A stretch of 62,895 nucleotides of DNA, the filler included. It is 6 parts of 6 records of this genome, joined end to end, with 100 filler letters (N's around TTAATTAATTAA, not from the genome) between each part and the next. Parts side by side here need not be neighbours in the genome. Positions count along the whole stretch, not along the records: positions 1 to 5,721 come from SRR31156797_4403; positions 5,822 to 11,016 come from SRR31156797_4410; 4 more parts are not named here. One strand, given 5' to 3'. The notes under the pieces were generated by a model. The model had not been told where the DNA came from. It saw nothing but the letters and a program-made list of their open reading frames with translations, and made no database searches. Shown piece after piece: positions 1 to 9,073 of the stretch (the stretch's first letter is position 1; every line of letters begins with the position of its first letter). Made by a program: the position numbers and the translations under genes.

Positions 1-30
1 TATCAGCTATGAGCTATCAGCTATGAGCTA
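1..30. repeat. Heptamer tandem repeat TAT(C/G)AGC
   Basis: TATCAGC TATGAGC TATCAGC TATGAGC TA at the contig start; it supplies the ATG and MSY of the next gene. Confidence 0.9.
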
Positions 31-958
31 CCTCGTATCAATTATCATTCCAGCATATAACGAAGAAAAAAGTCTTCCGTTATGTTTAAAATCAATTTCC
101 GACCTGGACTGGCCAAAACAGAATATTGAGGTTATTGTTGTGGATAACGGTTCCACAGACAATACCCGGAATATAGCCGAAAATTTTAACACAACACTTT
201 TCAGAGATGATGAAAAGACAGTTTCCGGCCTGAGAAATCTGGGTGTAAACCAGGCTCAGGGAGAAATTATAGCCTTTGTGGATGCAGACTGTATTGTTGC
301 TGCAGATTGGCTTACGCAAGCAGAAAAATATTTCGACCGACCGGACCTGGCAGCCTGGGGGGCCCCCCCTGACATCCCTGAAAAACCCACCTGGGTCCAG
401 AAAGCTTGGTATATCCTCCGTAAAAAGGAATCCTCTGTGGAAACAGTTTCCTGGCTTGAATCTATGAACCTTTTTGTGAAAAAACAAACCTTCTTGGACA
501 TTGACGGATTTAATGAGAGCCTTGTCACTTGCGAGGATGTGGACTTCTCTTATCGTTTATCAAAGTACGGAAAAATTATTTCAGACCAAGCTCTTAAAGT
601 ACGTCACTTAGGCGAAGCCGACACCATCCGAACCTTTATCAAAAAAGAGTTATGGCGGGGACGGGGAAATTTTCACGGCTTATTCAGCCATGGAATCAGG
701 CTTTCAGAGCTGCCCAGCCTGGCGCTGCCCCTGTATTTTGGCGCTTTCCTGCCGTTGTTGTTTATTCTGCTGTTTATCTTTCCAGGCATTCTTACGGTTG
801 GGGCTGCCATAATCGCGCTTATTATTCCCGGAGCCGCGGTTATGTATAAAGTTAGAAGAAAAAAAGGTGGGTTTATCGGCAAATGCCGGCTACTGGTCCT
901 GGCATATATTTATTTTGTTGTCCGAACCATTGCCGTAGTCCCAAGGGAAAGCAGGTAG
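23..958 (+). CDS. Glycosyltransferase family 2 with C-terminal membrane helices
   Basis: VSIIIPAYNEE, VVDNGSTD, FVDADC (DxD) and EDVDF motifs; hydrophobic C-terminus. Confidence 0.93.
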   Translation: MSYLVSIIIPAYNEEKSLPLCLKSISDLDWPKQNIEVIVVDNGSTDNTRNIAENFNTTLFRDDEKTVSGLRNLGVNQAQGEIIAFVDADCIVAADWLTQAEKYFDRPDLAAWGAPPDIPEKPTWVQKAWYILRKKESSVETVSWLESMNLFVKKQTFLDIDGFNESLVTCEDVDFSYRLSKYGKIISDQALKVRHLGEADTIRTFIKKELWRGRGNFHGLFSHGIRLSELPSLALPLYFGAFLPLLFILLFIFPGILTVGAAIIALIIPGAAVMYKVRRKKGGFIGKCRLLVLAYIYFVVRTIAVVPRESR

Positions 959-961
959 TTT

Positions 962-2197
962 TTGAAAAAAAAGCTGTTATATATCTGCCACAGGGTTCCA
1001 TATCCGCCAAACAAAGGCGATAAAATCCGGACCTTTAACGAGGTAAAATTTTTATCCCGCCGATATGATATTGATCTGGTGTCATTTGCTGACACCAGGG
1101 ATGAGCTTGCCTTCAAAGAAAACCTGAAACCCTATTGCCGCAATATCTATCTTTTTATGCTCCCTTCAATATTAAAAAAATTAAGGGGCTTAAAAAAAAT
1201 GCTATCCGGCAACACCATTTCCCAAGGCTATTTTTTTTGTCATGAAGCAACTGATATTATAAGAAAACTTATCAAAAAAGAAAATTATCAGTCAATATTT
1301 TGTTTTTCTTCCCCAACCGCCGAGTATGTATTTAAAAATATTTTGGATATTCAGAATCAAACACCTCGCCCCAAACTTATTATGGATTTTTGTGATGTGG
1401 ATTCTGATAAATGGGCGCAATATGCGTCAAAAACTTCATTGCCCATGAAATGGATATATAAAACTGAGGCCAGGCGTCTGCTGGCGTATGAACAAAGGAT
1501 AAATCAGCTCTTTGACGCTTCTATTTTTGTCTCCTCCCAGGAAGCCGGGCTTTTCAAGCAAAAATGTGCCAAGAGCAAAAACATTCTCTCTGTTTCCAAC
1601 GGCGTGGATTTTGATTTTTTTTCAAAGGACCCGGTCCCATCGGAACCAGGAAAAACGATAATGTTTGCCGGAGCCATGGACTATTACGCCAACATAGAAG
1701 GCGTCACCTGGTTTTGCCATAACATACTGCCTTTAATTAAAAAAGAAGAACCAGACGCATCATTTACCATTGTCGGCAGCAACCCCACCCAGGATGTAAA
1801 AAAGCTGGGCAATATCAACGGCGTTACAGTAACCGGTTTTGTCAAAGATATCCGCACATATTACAACAGGGCCGATATCTGTGTGGTCCCTTTGAGAATC
1901 GCAAGAGGGATTCAAAACAAAGTACTGGAAGCCATGTCAATGGAAAAACCGGTTGTTTCCACATCCCAGGCATTCTCAGGCATACGAGGAAAGCCGGGAA
2001 CACATCTCATTGTAGCGGACAACGAAAAAAAGTTTGCCAATGACATTGTCTCCCTACTCCGTAATCCAAACCAGGCCCAAAAATTGGGTAAAAATGCCAG
2101 AAACCTTATAGAAAAAGAATATAACTGGAACAATTGCCTAGAAAAAATAGATACGCTCATAGCTGATAGCTTACAGCTCATAGGGGTTAGCTCATAG
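962..2197 (+). CDS. GT4 glycosyltransferase, PEP-CTERM/XrtA-associated (TIGR03087-like)
   Basis: N-terminal HRVPYPPNKGDKIR, DFCDVDSDKW and PLRIARGIQNKVLEAM signatures; TTG start. Confidence 0.88.
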   Translation: MKKKLLYICHRVPYPPNKGDKIRTFNEVKFLSRRYDIDLVSFADTRDELAFKENLKPYCRNIYLFMLPSILKKLRGLKKMLSGNTISQGYFFCHEATDIIRKLIKKENYQSIFCFSSPTAEYVFKNILDIQNQTPRPKLIMDFCDVDSDKWAQYASKTSLPMKWIYKTEARRLLAYEQRINQLFDASIFVSSQEAGLFKQKCAKSKNILSVSNGVDFDFFSKDPVPSEPGKTIMFAGAMDYYANIEGVTWFCHNILPLIKKEEPDASFTIVGSNPTQDVKKLGNINGVTVTGFVKDIRTYYNRADICVVPLRIARGIQNKVLEAMSMEKPVVSTSQAFSGIRGKPGTHLIVADNEKKFANDIVSLLRNPNQAQKLGKNARNLIEKEYNWNNCLEKIDTLIADSLQLIGVSS

Positions 2198-2250
2198 CTA
2201 TCAGCTATGAACTATCAGCTATCAGCTGTGATCTGTGAGCTATCAACTAT
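2155..2250. repeat. Heptamer repeat array with an orientation switch (GCTCATA/GCTGATA then GCTATCA/GCTATGA)
   Basis: About 14 units in strict 7-bp register; overlaps the GT C-terminus and fills the intergenic gap. Confidence 0.88.
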
Positions 2251-3360
2251 ATGAAAATATTATACATTGTACATTCCCTAAACCTCGGCGGCACAGAACG
2301 CCTGGCCGCAGACATGAGCATTGCCCTCAAAGACCGGTTTGAAATGCATGTCCTCTGTCTGGATGAGCCCGGTTTATGGGCAGATCAAGTCCGGGACCAG
2401 GGTATTCCCGTAACATGCTTGTATCGGCAACCGGGGCTGGATATGAGATTACCCGGCATGATTGCCGGATACGCCAAAACCAACCACATAGATCTGTACC
2501 ATGCCCATCAATGCACCCCATGGTTTTATGCCGGGCTGTCAAGGCTGATATATTCGACGCCCAAATTACTATTTGAAGAACATGGCAGGCTTTATCCAGA
2601 GGTCTTAAACAAAAAAAAGCGGCTGTTCAATCAGCTTATTCTCCAACACCTCACCCATAAAGCCGCGGCTGTTTCCCAGGATGTAAAAGAGAGACTTTTC
2701 ACATACGAAGGCGTCAGTCAAAGCAAAACAGAAGTAGTTTACAACGGGACAAGCCCTGCCCTGCCCTGCCCCATGGAAGAGCGGCAGTCCATAAGACAAC
2801 AATTCGGATTTAAAGAGACTGATATTGTGGCCGGTTCCATTGGGCGGCTGGACCCCATTAAAAATTATACCTTGTTCATTGAAGGAATTGCACAGACCCG
2901 CAAAATAAATCCAGCCTTAAAAGGCATAATTATTGGTGATGGCCCTTTAATGAATGAATTAGCACAACTCATTCAGAACCGAAATCTTGAGGACGCGTTC
3001 ATGCTGCCGGGATACCGGCCCAATGCCGCTAAGCTGGTCGGTATCATGGACCTGTTCGTATTACCAAGCTTTTCAGAAGGCACGTCCATGGCTCTACTGG
3101 AGTCCATGGCAGCCGGAATCCCTGCCATAGTTACAAATGTGGGCGGAAACCCGGAAATCGTAATCCATGGTCAAACCGGCTGGACCATCCCATCCAATGA
3201 TCTAAAGGCCATGACGTCTGCCCTTGAAGCAGCCACACTTGACAGGAATATTCGCGAACACACCGGATCAAAAGCCCAAGCCAGATTCAAGGAAAAATTT
3301 ACATTTAATACCATGCTCAACAATTATATCAAAATTTACAGGAACCTTTGTTTTAGCTGA
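2251..3360 (+). CDS. GT4 glycosyltransferase
   Basis: GGTER, GRLDPIKN and EGTSMALLESMAAG motifs. Confidence 0.93.
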   Translation: MKILYIVHSLNLGGTERLAADMSIALKDRFEMHVLCLDEPGLWADQVRDQGIPVTCLYRQPGLDMRLPGMIAGYAKTNHIDLYHAHQCTPWFYAGLSRLIYSTPKLLFEEHGRLYPEVLNKKKRLFNQLILQHLTHKAAAVSQDVKERLFTYEGVSQSKTEVVYNGTSPALPCPMEERQSIRQQFGFKETDIVAGSIGRLDPIKNYTLFIEGIAQTRKINPALKGIIIGDGPLMNELAQLIQNRNLEDAFMLPGYRPNAAKLVGIMDLFVLPSFSEGTSMALLESMAAGIPAIVTNVGGNPEIVIHGQTGWTIPSNDLKAMTSALEAATLDRNIREHTGSKAQARFKEKFTFNTMLNNYIKIYRNLCFS

Positions 3361-3387
3361 TAGGGTTTAGCTATGAGCTATGAGCTA
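3355..3387. repeat. Short copy of the same heptamer element
   Basis: AGCTGATAGGGTTTAGCTATGAGCTATGAGCTA; has a GGG(G/T)TTA centre like the one at 2183-2189. Confidence 0.8.
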
Positions 3388-3393
3388 AATGAT

Positions 3394-4545
3394 ATGAATC
3401 ACGCGACAATAAACAAAGTCAAAGCGCTGATTGCCCAAGGAGAGAATCAGTTCTTAGAATTCAAAGAGCAGGAAGTTCATCCGGATTCCATTGCCAAAGA
3501 AATTGCTGCTTTTGCCAACACACAGGGAGGAACAATTCTAATCGGTGTCAGTGACCAGGCAAAAATCTGTGGTGTGGACGAGTCAAAAAACTGGGAAGAA
3601 TGGATAGCAAATATATCCAGACATAATATTATTCCTGCTATCCAGGCAGATTGTCTAATTGCAGAGATTGACGGCAAAAAAATCGTTGCTATTGATATTC
3701 CCAAAGGGAGCGATAAACCTTACCAGACAAATAAAAATTTATATTATGTCCGCATTGGGTCCACCAGCCGGGTAGCGTCCCAGGCTGAATTAATGCGCAT
3801 GTTTCAGCACGCAGGGATGTTTCATTATGACTTGACCGGGGTTGAAAACACCTCTTTAAAGCACTTAAACATGACGGCGGTTTCGTCTTATTTTCAAAGA
3901 TATGAGATTGATATTGATGATGAAAAAGATGTGACTTCATTATTAATCAATACCGACGTGCTGACAGACAAAAAGAATGTAACAGTTGCTGGGCTTTTGC
4001 TTTTTGGTACATATCCCCAAAAGTTTTTAAAGAATTCAAGTATCAGTTACGCGCATTTTGCCGGAACAGGATTGAATGACGAACTGATTGACCGCCAGGT
4101 CATTGAAGGCACTCTGGCTTTCCAGATCGACACAGCTTTGTCTGTTGTTAAACACAATATTATGGAAGCTTCGAAAATAGAAAAAGCAAAGCGAGTTGTT
4201 AAATCAAAGCTATATCCGGACAAAGTATTCAGGGAGCTTCTGGTAAATGCCTGTGTCCATCGCAATTATGCAATCCATGGTTCCAGAATCAGAATTTTCC
4301 AGTTTGATGACCGGATTGAGTTTATCAGTCCCGGCCGCCTGCCAAATACGGTTACCATTGAAAAATTGAAAAACGGGGTAAGCTATGCGGTTAACCCGGT
4401 AATTGTAAAATTTATGGAAAATTTAAGGTATATCGATAAACTTGGCAGGGGAATTCCCATGGTTTGTCGTGAAGCAAAGCTGCTGGGCTTTGAACCGATT
4501 TTCCAGGAAGCTGGCGAAGAGTTTCAGGTCATTCTTCCATTGTGA
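3394..4545 (+). CDS. AlbA_2 (Schlafen-like) plus HATPase_c_4 'RecG C-terminal-like' protein
   Basis: GENQFLEFKE, AFANTQGGTILIGV, RELLVNACVHRNY, ISPGRLP and LGRGI motifs; start at 3394 preferred because ATG 3373 lies inside the repeat. Confidence 0.85.
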   Translation: MNHATINKVKALIAQGENQFLEFKEQEVHPDSIAKEIAAFANTQGGTILIGVSDQAKICGVDESKNWEEWIANISRHNIIPAIQADCLIAEIDGKKIVAIDIPKGSDKPYQTNKNLYYVRIGSTSRVASQAELMRMFQHAGMFHYDLTGVENTSLKHLNMTAVSSYFQRYEIDIDDEKDVTSLLINTDVLTDKKNVTVAGLLLFGTYPQKFLKNSSISYAHFAGTGLNDELIDRQVIEGTLAFQIDTALSVVKHNIMEASKIEKAKRVVKSKLYPDKVFRELLVNACVHRNYAIHGSRIRIFQFDDRIEFISPGRLPNTVTIEKLKNGVSYAVNPVIVKFMENLRYIDKLGRGIPMVCREAKLLGFEPIFQEAGEEFQVILPL

Positions 4546-4568
4546 TAAACTATTGAATAAAATTTCTG

Positions 4569-5721
4569 ATGCAGCATATCCATCACATTAACCACACGCT
4601 TGATACCGGTGAATCCGAGACTTTCGAATTTAAAACGACCTTTGGTCGGGAATCCATTGAAACACTGGTTGCTTTTGCTAATACAAACGGAGGTACTCTG
4701 CTTGTTGGCGTAAAAAATAATGCAGCTGTATGTGGTGTTGACATCGGCAAAGAAACACTCAATCAATGGCTGGGACAGATAAAATCAGCCACCAGGCCCT
4801 CAATCATTCCGGATATTACATCTCATTCCATATCCGGAAAAAAAGTTGTTTTGATCCTTATCAGTGAGTATCCGGTTAAACCGGTAAGTACACGCGGGAA
4901 ATATTTCAAGCGTGTCGCAAGTTCCAACCAACAACTTACTTTGAAGGAGATAAACGAATTATATATGCAGTCCCTGCAAGTCTCATGGGACGCGCATGCC
5001 GCCGAAAGCATCTCCCTGGATGAGCTGGATATCCCTAAGATCGAAAAATTTATTGAGACGGTTAACACCTGTGGCCGTTTCAGCCTGGATCTGGATCCTC
5101 TTCAAGCCCTGCAAAAATTAAAGCTGATTGCAGGTGATTCACCTACCTAGGCCGCACTACTTCTCTTTTCAGCCAAGCCACTGCGCCATCATATCCATAT
5201 CGGCCGGTTTAAAACCCCTGTCACCATCATCGACGATCGGCAGATTACTGATACACTTTTTGAGGCTGTCGAACAGGCCATGAAGTTCATTCTATCTCAT
5301 CTTAAAGTGTCTTTTGAATTTGACGGAGCACTGCAGCGAAAAGAACGATTTGCGTATCCCCTGCCGGCACTGCGGGAAGCATTGCTCAATGCTGTTGTAC
5401 ATCGGGATTATAGAAATTCTTCTGACATCCAGATCAAAATTTTTGATGATAAACTCACCATTTTCAACCCTGGAACGCTTTACGGCGGCTTGACCATAGA
5501 AGACCTCTCAACTGACAATTATCCTTCACAACTGCGCAACAAGCTGACAGCCGAAGCCTTTTACCTAACCCGAAATATCGAAAAATACGGCAGCGGTATG
5601 CTCCGTATTCGCAAAGAGCTCCAAGCCTATCCGGAACTGTCCTTTGAAATTGAAGAGACGGGTGGTGGAATACGTGCTACATTTTCATTGCGTGAGGGAG
5701 TAAGTGAGGGAGTAAGTGAGG
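4569..5721 (+). pseudogene. Second AlbA_2/HATPase_c_4 gene with one in-frame TAG (5148-5150), truncated by the contig end
   Basis: ORFs 4569-5150 and 5280- are in the same frame; reading through gives SPT*AALLLFSAKPLRHHIHIGRFK...REALLNAVVHRDY. Confidence 0.8.
5692..5721 (+). repeat. 12-bp coding repeat (EGVS)n at the contig break
   Basis: GTGAGGGAGTAA GTGAGGGAGTAA GTGAGG. Confidence 0.75.
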
Positions 5722-5821
5722 NNNNNNNNNNNNNNNNNNNNNNNNNNNNNNNNNNNNNNNNNNNNTTAATTAATTAANNNNNNNNNNNNNNNNNNNNNNN
5801 NNNNNNNNNNNNNNNNNNNNN
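5722..5821. other. Artificial contig linker
   Basis: N run - TTAATTAATTAA - N run, 100 nt; stop codons in all six frames. Confidence 0.98.
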
Positions 5822-5976
5822 TCCCAAGGCAGGATCGCTGAGTTTTTAGCCTGCTATAGCGCAGGCTTTGCGCGGCACCCTTTGCAGATTTTACGTTAAA
5901 AGCACATGAAACAGAGTTAAAACCGCCACCGCGCTTGCCACCAAACCTTCCGTCCCCGATTATTATTATTCGCGTT

Positions 5977-6393
5977 TTATTTTATGTTTACTTGCATCGC
6001 TCCAGCATCTTCCAAAGCACGGATTATTACTCCATCCTCATATCCATTTAGGACTGAATTAAGATTCTTTACGCCATAACAATTAAAAGTTGGTCGAAGC
6101 ATAGCCCGCTTACTTGTTAATTCAGAAATTGCATAAGTGAAAAAAGCAGCAAGTGCATGAAATTTACAAACATCTGACGACCCTTTGAACAAATCAATTC
6201 TTTGAGTATTTTGTCCTTTTTTTGGTGCTTCACCGATTGATGCTATAGACCAATTTTCACCTTCTTTCTCTATATATAGATAGGTGTTTAGCATTAAGGA
6301 GTCATTTCCTGCGTTAAACCTGAAATATTTCAAATCAATATGGACATCTATTTTTTTCGAAAGACCTAAAAATATATTATCGGTTAGTTTCAT
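5977..6393 (-). CDS. Hypothetical protein, C-terminus resembling YjaA / MreB N-terminal subdomain
   Basis: 138-aa ORF; LRP...E...IIRALEDAGAMQV motif; AT-rich. Confidence 0.6.
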   Translation of the reverse strand: MKLTDNIFLGLSKKIDVHIDLKYFRFNAGNDSLMLNTYLYIEKEGENWSIASIGEAPKKGQNTQRIDLFKGSSDVCKFHALAAFFTYAISELTSKRAMLRPTFNCYGVKNLNSVLNGYEDGVIIRALEDAGAMQVNIK

Positions 6394-6802
6394 TAAATCA
6401 CTGGCGTGGCGTATAACTTGATGATTATCGGTTTATCCGGTGTTTTATTTCATTGAGGAAAGATGTATTTTTGGTCTGTCCACAATAACACGAGAATAGT
6501 CAAGCAAAGATCTGACCCCTGCTTATCAAGGGATGGGCCGAAGCCGCCGTGAAACAGGGGGAGACCCGCCAGGAAAAGTACCAATACGAACTTTTCGATG
6601 ACGGGTGGCCCGGTTATGAAGAGCCGTATATTACCTATGATTGACACCTCTTTCCAATCTGATACCTGCCTCTATTCTCTATCTCAATGACAGTCATATT
6701 CATTTTGCAGTGCTAAAGCCCTTGCAACGTTATCACTTTTCAATACTTTTTTGATTTATTGTTGCTTTTTTGCGTGTTTCTCTTTAATGATGTCACGATT
6801 TC

Positions 6803-6967
6803 TGCCTAACGGGGATCAGTGTTCTGGCAATTGATAGCATGTCGCGGAAAGCGATTGCTTATCACCTACCTGCCCGCAAACGATTTAATAACCTATAGGT
6901 GACAGGTTTCGACTCCCGCCAGGATCGGATCAAAAAGGCTATCCTGCCAGACAACGGCTGGGAGGCA
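6803..6967 (+). ncRNA. Candidate structured RNA of unknown family
   Basis: Nested complementary segments: TGCCT/AGGCA, CTGGCA/TGCCAG, GATAGC/GCTATC, TCACCTA/TAGGTGA and the hairpin TCGC-GGAAA-GCGA. Confidence 0.35.
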
Positions 6968-6993
6968 ATCAGCAAGGAATAGAGGAGATGAGT

Positions 6994-7167
6994 ATGAAGC
7001 TAACAGAATGTCCAGAATGTGGGGAAAGGTCTTTTCCAGAAAAACAATTCTGTGAAGATTGTAGCACCACGCTACCGAGGTGTAAAAGCCAAGGGCTAGA
7101 ATTAATAGATGCTGCCGCTATTGTTTTTCCAGTACTCTTGATTATCGCCCAACTGATAGTGATGTGA
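6994..7167 (+). CDS. Small zinc-ribbon membrane protein (57 aa; not in the ORF track)
   Basis: MKLTECPECGERSFPEKQFCEDC...AAAIVFPVLLIIAQLIVM*; Shine-Dalgarno GAGGAG at 6982-6987. Confidence 0.72.
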   Translation: MKLTECPECGERSFPEKQFCEDCSTTLPRCKSQGLELIDAAAIVFPVLLIIAQLIVM

Positions 7168-7341
7168 TCTCCTCCATAGAGGGAGTAACGGTGAAATAAG
7201 AAAATCTTAACCAATTACGTCAACATATTTCATGCAGGCCGTACACAGGCCACAACGATGCTCTTTACTCCTTTTAATTGATATCCAACGTCCTAAATGC
7301 CCATTAAAATCACAAGATGAGATATGGTTGCAAATCCGGTA

Positions 7342-7389
7342 CGGCTTCTCACGCCGGGAACAGGGGTTCGATTCCCCTTGGGGTCACCA
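7342..7389 (+). mobile_element. 3' half of tRNA-Glu(CTC), probable att site of an integrated element
   Basis: CGGC-TTCTCAC-GCCG anticodon arm, AGGGG-TTCGATT-CCCCT T-arm and GGGGTCACCA end; no 5' acceptor strand or D-arm upstream. Confidence 0.75.
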
Positions 7390-8172
7390 TGGAATATCAG
7401 CTATTTAACAGAGTGACATATAACATCCGATTGCGACACACAGGCCTTCTAAAGGCCTGAACACTCAGATGTATTGCGGCCGCGTGCGAGTTTTGGAACC
7501 TACATGCACGAGATTTGAACCCTGCCTTGTAGCTTTATCATCCTTAAAATCATTTTTTTAATACTGGTTTAATTGCTAATTTAAAAATTCGGTTCTATTT
7601 TTTGATCGGCTACTTTTTTTTTTGCTTACTTAATACCTTATTCGACCTAGAAAAAGCCCATCTTCCGGTTCTGTAAACAATCAAATCCTCAACGCAGGAT
7701 TCAGAATCTTTTGCGATCAACTGCTCGAAAAAGTCATTTTACATCTGCGCGCCTTCAGCAGCCATCGGTTGTTCTATTGGTATGATTATATCACGCCAGA
7801 TGGGTGAAAGATCGTATAGGATAATGATGTTTATGATTTCGGCATTAATAGGGCTGGTAATAATCTATAAAATATTGTCTTGAAGATTTTTTTTGGCCTG
7901 TATGTGCTCTATATTTTTAGAAAAAATGATAGTCAACAAGGTGATATTACGCCTGAAGTTTCGTTACCTGAATAAATCTGGTATGGTATGCGGCATTTAT
8001 CCTTATCGGTCCTTAAGGTGACAACGCCCCCTAGTACTAAATAAAAACCACATTTGAAAGGACAGGAGATAGCCAGCCCGGTATTTGCTAGAAGGACGGC
8101 CCAAGCAAGGCTCTTTCAAAGGCAGTATACAAGCAAAAATTACTATACCCACTAACCCATCATGTGAAATAA

Positions 8173-8994
8173 ATGTATAAAGTAATAAGCAACGAAACTC
8201 TAGCACCCAACCTTCATCGTATGGTTGTTGAAGCCCCTCGTGTCGCTCTTTCCAGAAAAGCCGGCCAATTTGTTATCGTCCGTTCTGAAGTCGGAGAAGA
8301 ACGTATCCCTTTGACTATTGGAGATGCAGATCCGAAAGCCGGAACAATCACCATCTATGTTCAGGCAATCGGCAGGGGAACACAAAAACTGGTCGACATA
8401 GCCCAGGGGGGTGTAATCCGAGATGTTGCTGGGCCTTTGGGAGTGCCCACCCACATAGAAAATTGGGGGCATGTTGCCTGCATTGGCGGTGGTGTAGGAA
8501 CAGCTGTTCTTTTCCCCATGGCAAAGGCTCTCGCTGATGCCGGTAACCAATTAACCAGCATCATCGGCGGTCGCTCTGGAGACTATATCATTCTCGCGGA
8601 TGAACTCGCTGAATTCTCACAGGTTCGAATCACCACAGACAACGGCAGCCTTGGGCGAAAGGGTTTTGTCACCGACGAATTGGAAGAAATAATCAAAGAT
8701 CCTGAGAGAACTCCCCAGGCCGTCTTTGCAGTAGGTCCCCTGCCCATGATGAAGGCTGTTGCCGAGTTGACTCGCCCCTACGGGATTAAGACAATATGTA
8801 GCCTCAATCCAATTATGATTGATGGAACAGGGATGTGCGGCGGCTGCAGAGTAATTATCAACGGCGAAAATAAATTTGCCTGCGTGGACGGCCCGGAGTT
8901 TGACGCCCATCAGGTTGATTTTGAAAGCCTGGGTGACCGTCTGTCCATGTATAAGCATCATGAGGCCGAATGCCAATTGAACAAAAAATCCTGA
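8173..8994 (+). CDS. nfnA: NfnA/SudB-type FAD/NAD-binding [2Fe-2S] subunit
   Basis: GQFVI, ERIPLTI, GGGVG and DGTGMCGGCRV...FACVDGPEF motifs. Confidence 0.88.
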   Translation: MYKVISNETLAPNLHRMVVEAPRVALSRKAGQFVIVRSEVGEERIPLTIGDADPKAGTITIYVQAIGRGTQKLVDIAQGGVIRDVAGPLGVPTHIENWGHVACIGGGVGTAVLFPMAKALADAGNQLTSIIGGRSGDYIILADELAEFSQVRITTDNGSLGRKGFVTDELEEIIKDPERTPQAVFAVGPLPMMKAVAELTRPYGIKTICSLNPIMIDGTGMCGGCRVIINGENKFACVDGPEFDAHQVDFESLGDRLSMYKHHEAECQLNKKS

Positions 8995-9073
8995 TTGTAT
9001 GACTGTTCCTCAATAGAAAAAACTATTTCCCTGTTACATCGTTCAAGGGAAAAGCTCATAGGATACCATTGCA

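Noticed and set aside
2155-2250. CRISPR array
   Set aside because: Contiguous 7-mers with no unique spacers, and no cas genes in the window.
5766-5777. TTAATTAATTAA recurring five times as a biological repeat
   Set aside because: Always centred in N runs; it is an assembly spacer. ORFs running into it (10870, 11069, 57423) are artefacts.
5845-5890. c-di-GMP-I riboswitch (CGCAAAGCC on the minus strand)
   Set aside because: No GAAA-capped P2 or matching receptor; only a simple AGCCTGC/GCAGGCT hairpin.
6876-6921. tmRNA (GCAAACGA resume-like codons, GGTTTCGACTCCCGCCA)
   Set aside because: The reading frame gives ANDLITYR with no ALAA-type tail, the region is too short, and there is no acceptor stem with the Ala identity pair.
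7890-8172. Sigma54 promoter or Rex operator upstream of nfnA
   Set aside because: TGGCCTGTATGTGC has GG-N9-GC spacing rather than N10, and only a half Rex-like site (TGTGAA) is present.
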